Positions 60,085 through 64,000 of a DNA stretch of 64,000 nt are shown here, piece by piece. Source of the DNA: Leucoraja erinacea (lineage: Eukaryota); NCBI RefSeq assembly GCF_028641065.1, contig NW_026576274.1:62001-126000 (forward strand), read 5' to 3'. The position numbers and the translations under genes are program-made. Position 1 is the first letter of the stretch, and each line of letters opens with the position of its first letter. The notes beneath the pieces were generated by a model. The model was not told where the DNA came from and did no database searches. It was given only the letters and a program-made list of their open reading frames with translations.

Positions 60085-61922
60085 ATGGGTTATCCAGCAA
60101 TTTACTACATAGCGAGCATTTACTATCCATTACTTGCGGCGGTTGGTATCCCGGGTAAGATAACTATCTTAATTGTGTGTGAAGCTCTCGTATGGTACTT
60201 GCCGTACTGTAGAACAATGCCTTAAAACCTGTGATGACGTTACCGCATCCGATGGATGTTCACAAAATTATTCGGGCATCAAATATATATATATTTATTG
60301 TTAATCTATTTAAATAGCCCTATAGTTTGCCAATTGCGAAGTAGATTAGTGTTAGTATTGATATTGTTCCATTATTATCTCATTGCTCGGCATTGCGAAG
60401 CTATGATATTTTATTAGATCTGAGTGTTTATCATTCTAGGAACGTGCAACTTTACAGCAACGAGTCAAGTTGGCGGTCGCAGCTATTTCTCGGTGTTCAG
60501 GGTTATTTCTGACACCCAGCTCATTACAATTATCAGGCTGCGAATTATAACTCAGTCCTGATGCTTCTTTATTTTGAAGAGTAACGTGAAATGTTGGTCC
60601 GCGTCCTCTTTGGTGTCTATTTCCAGTTTAATTTATATTTACGGAAAATTTTAAAAAGTCTATTACGCCGCACGAATCTTCATTTCCCAACAACCATCAA
60701 TCCCCATTTCAGTATTGTCAGGCACGATGATGCACCGTTTCGGTTTGTGCGCGGCCAGCCGCTTAGCCGTAGGTACATTGAGGTTTCATCGGTTCCGCTC
60801 TGAACAGCCTGAGCGATGCCGGTTCAACTGGCAGTTCGATCGGCCGTTGTCCAGACGGAGTGCAGCGGCGCAGCCCGGACGGATAGGATTTCCCAACCTC
60901 CGATCCAATGGCAGCCTAGCAGAGCACAGAATCAGGAGAATTGGACCCACCAAGGACATCAAGGGAATTAGATCAGTTTGGCGGTCTTTGAACTAATCAC
61001 TTGTTTTGTTTTCTCCTTGCAGTTAATTTAATTGCGATTTTGATAGTTTCTCGAGGGAAATGTGGTCTCTCCAAATGCGTCTCTCGCTACTTGGTGGGAA
61101 TGGCTGGAGCTGATTTAATGGGTGTTGTCTTTGCTGTTGTAGTGGAACAGATTAACAACATCTACGTTTACGCCCGCCCTTTGCTTATAACTCCCATTTG
61201 CGCAGTAACTCTTGTCCTGAGGGTGGCCACCATGGATTCTTCTGTTTGGCTAACGGTGGCTTTCACATTCGATCGCTGTATCGCAATTTGTTTTCCAAAG
61301 CTGCGGCAGCGGTATTGCACCGAGAAAATAGCGACCGTGGTGGTAGTAATTGTGGGCATAGGGAGCTGTGCGAGGTGCGGTCCATATTACTTCGCAGTGC
61401 AACCCTATGTTATCATTGACAACGTGCCATGGCGTTTGCGCCGGCAAAGCTATTTACGCTACCTCATCCGTGTGGAAAGCATTCCAGTTGTTTAACAGTA
61501 TCCTTACACCTTTATTGGCAATCTGTTTAATTGTATTGTTCAATGCTGTAACGGTCAGTCATATTATAGCGGCAAATAAAGTACGCCAAGGACTCCGGAG
61601 CAACAGTAAGAATCAGAAGGATCCAGAGGTGGAAAACCGCAGAAAGTCAATGATCTTGTTGTTCGCTCTATCAGCTAATTTTATATTGTTGTGGATACCC
61701 TATGTCGTATATTCCACGAACTGGCAAGCTCAAAATTACTTTTACACTGACAGATATTTGAATACTCCGACATATATCCTGCAACAATGTGGATTCATGT
61801 TGCAATTTCTTTGTACCTGCACCAACACGTGTATCTATACAATCACGCAGAGGCAATTCAAAGAGGAGCTGAAGAATGGAGTGAAATATGTGTTTACATT
61901 AAACGGGCGCCTTTTCTTATAG
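60085..61922 (+). pseudogene. Class A GPCR, GPR139/GPR142-like, gene 3; exons 60085-60154 and 61023-61922; single +1 frameshift at 61435-61437 (322 aa if corrected)
   Basis: Exon 1 MGYPAIYYIASIYYPLLAAVGIP|gtaaga, branch point ctaat and acceptor ccttgcag|TTAAT. Motifs SRGKCGLS, FTFDRC, DPEVENRRKS, NTCIY. ORFs 61001 and 61368 join on removal of one T. Confidence 0.8.
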
Positions 61923-62821
61923 TCCAATTCCATTTAATATTGAGCGTTCAAAATAATTTTTCTAAAGTCTTCGACGGTTGGTGATTCTTCCTTAATTCTC
62001 TACAGCTAGGTATTTGACCGTCAGTAGACTGGTTGAAGTTGCAAATGTAAGCCCATTAAGTGGGACAACCGGATCAATTAATTAGGTTGCGAGTATTGTG
62101 ATATTTGGATTGGTAGAATTATATTTGAAGTGATTCGATTCGATGTCTGCGGGAATCTTGGCCGACGAATCAAGGGCGTTTGGTGTGACTGATCTATTGG
62201 TAGAATTGCATTCTACGTCACTGCAGAACTAATCTCAGGAACACGAGGAAAAATTCCAAGTGACAGGTGGCGACGCTTAACCGCTAAATTAATAGGTGGT
62301 TTAAAATGAAACGGATTCGGAACTTCACAATTCAAAACGTCGATCGACAGGACTACTGCACCTGTGGAAATTCGATAATTGTGTCAACTTTACCGCAAAC
62401 GGTCGCCCTGCCTTAAAGTTTACTTGGGGTATATATAACATCGTTCACCCATTGATCCATCCTCTGACTCAATCAAAGGGGGAACCTGTTTCCTAGATGA
62501 ATAGTTCCATTCTGGAACATCCGTTATGTCATTTTATATTCGCTAAACGTAGTTTCCCCTTTGATATTTTACTTGTCTTTCGGCGCACCAGCCTCCATGT
62601 GCAATACACAATTCTCCGACATTTCTTCTAATTTCACCGCCACTCACATCTCCCCATCGCCACCCATGTTCGCTTACGGTAGTCAAGTTAAGTCAAGTCG
62701 CTTTTATTTATATAGCACATTTAAAAAAACAACTCACGTTGGCCTAAGTGCTTTGGTGAAGGTACTAACGTTATACAACAATGGTTCATAGATTAAATAC
62801 AAACATCACTACATACATATA

Positions 62822-64000
62822 CAGTGGCTTGCAAAAGTATTCATACCCCTTGAACTTTTCCACATTTTGTCACGTTACAATCACAAACGTAAATGTATTT
62901 TATTGGGATTTTATGTGATAGACCAACACAAAGTGGCGCATAATTGTGAAGTGGAAGGAAAATGATACATGGTTTTCAATTTTTTTTTCAAATAAAAAAC
63001 TGAAAAGTGTGGCGTGCAAAAGTATTCAGCCCCCTTTACTCTGATACCCCTGAATAAAATCCAGTGCAACCAATTACCTTCAGAAATTACCTAATTAGTA
63101 AATAGAGTCCACTTGTGTATAATCTAATCTCAGTATAAATACAGCTGTTCTGTGAAGGCCTCAGATGTTTGTTAGAGAACATTAGTGAACAAACAGCATC
63201 ATGAAGCCCAAGGAAATCTCCAGACAGGTCGGGGATAAAGTTGTGGAGATGTTTAAAGCAGGGTTAGGTTATAAAAAAATATCCCAAGCTTTGAACATCT
63301 CACGGAGTACTGTTCAATCCATCATCCGAAAATCCATGGAAAGAGTATGGCACAACTGCAAACCTCACAATCAGAGAATCAGCCAAGAGGCCCCTGGTAA
63401 CTCTGGAGGAGCTGCAGAGATCCACAGCTCAGGTGGGAGAATCTGTTGGTAGGCCATTGTTGAAAAAAAAGCCATAAGAAGTCCCGTTTGCAGTTTGCCA
63501 CAAGCCATGTGGGGGACACAGCAAACATGTGGAGGAAGGTGCTCTGGTTAGATGAGACCAAAATTGATGTTTTGGGCCTAAATGCAAAACGCTATGTGTG
63601 GCGGAAAAAACTAACATTGCACATCAACCTGAACACGCCATCCCCACTGTGAAACATGGTGGTGGCAGCATCATGCTGTGGGGATGCTTTTCTTCAGCAG
63701 GGACAGGGAAGATGGTCAGAGTTGATGGGAAGATGGATGGAGACAAATAAAGGGCAATCTTGTAAGAAAACCTGTTAGAGTCTGCAAAAGATTGAGACTG
63801 GGGCGGAGGTTCACCTTCCAGCAGGACAACGACTCTAAACATACAGCCAGAGCTACAATGGAATGGTTTAGATCAAATCATATTCATGTGTTAGAATGGC
63901 CCAGTCAAAGCCCAGACCTAAATCCAATTGAGAATCTCTGGCAAGACTTGAAAATTGCTGTTCACAGACGCTCTCCATCCAATCTGACTGAGCTTGAGCT
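62822..64000 (+). mobile_element. Tc1 (DD34E) DNA transposon, IR/DR type, defective transposase, runs off the window
   Basis: TA|cagtggcttgcaaaagtattca with inner DR at ~63015. Transposase motifs [60 protein letters not shown]. Confidence 0.95.

Overview
Vertebrate nuclear DNA, most likely a cartilaginous fish (skate/ray-like), inferred from an HE1/V-SINE and abundant CR1 families. It is about 80% transposon-derived by eye. The host content is a tandem cluster of three two-exon class A GPCR genes of the GPR139/GPR142-like type, all on +. Two are intact (325 and 341 aa) and one has a single 1-nt frameshift. Units 1 and 2 are segmental paralogues sharing promoter, intron and a 3' 60-bp repeat. 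Unexpectedly, each also carries a convergent orphan copy of the USP5/USP13 terminal exon with its pyrimidine-rich intron. Transposons include an ERV integrase remnant, two head-to-tail DIRS1-type elements (one with nested CR1 and near-intact L2), two Gypsy remnants, an L1 5' half, and Vingi-like, Rex1, Penelope, Helitron, Harbinger-MITE and Tc1 pieces. The most novel signal is a ~140-bp non-autonomous retroelement present in two copies with 11-bp TSDs and an (AAG)n tail. Its first 54 nt fold as a minimal HDV-like self-cleaving ribozyme that starts exactly at the element's 5' end. Family assignments rest on recalled motifs, not database searches.
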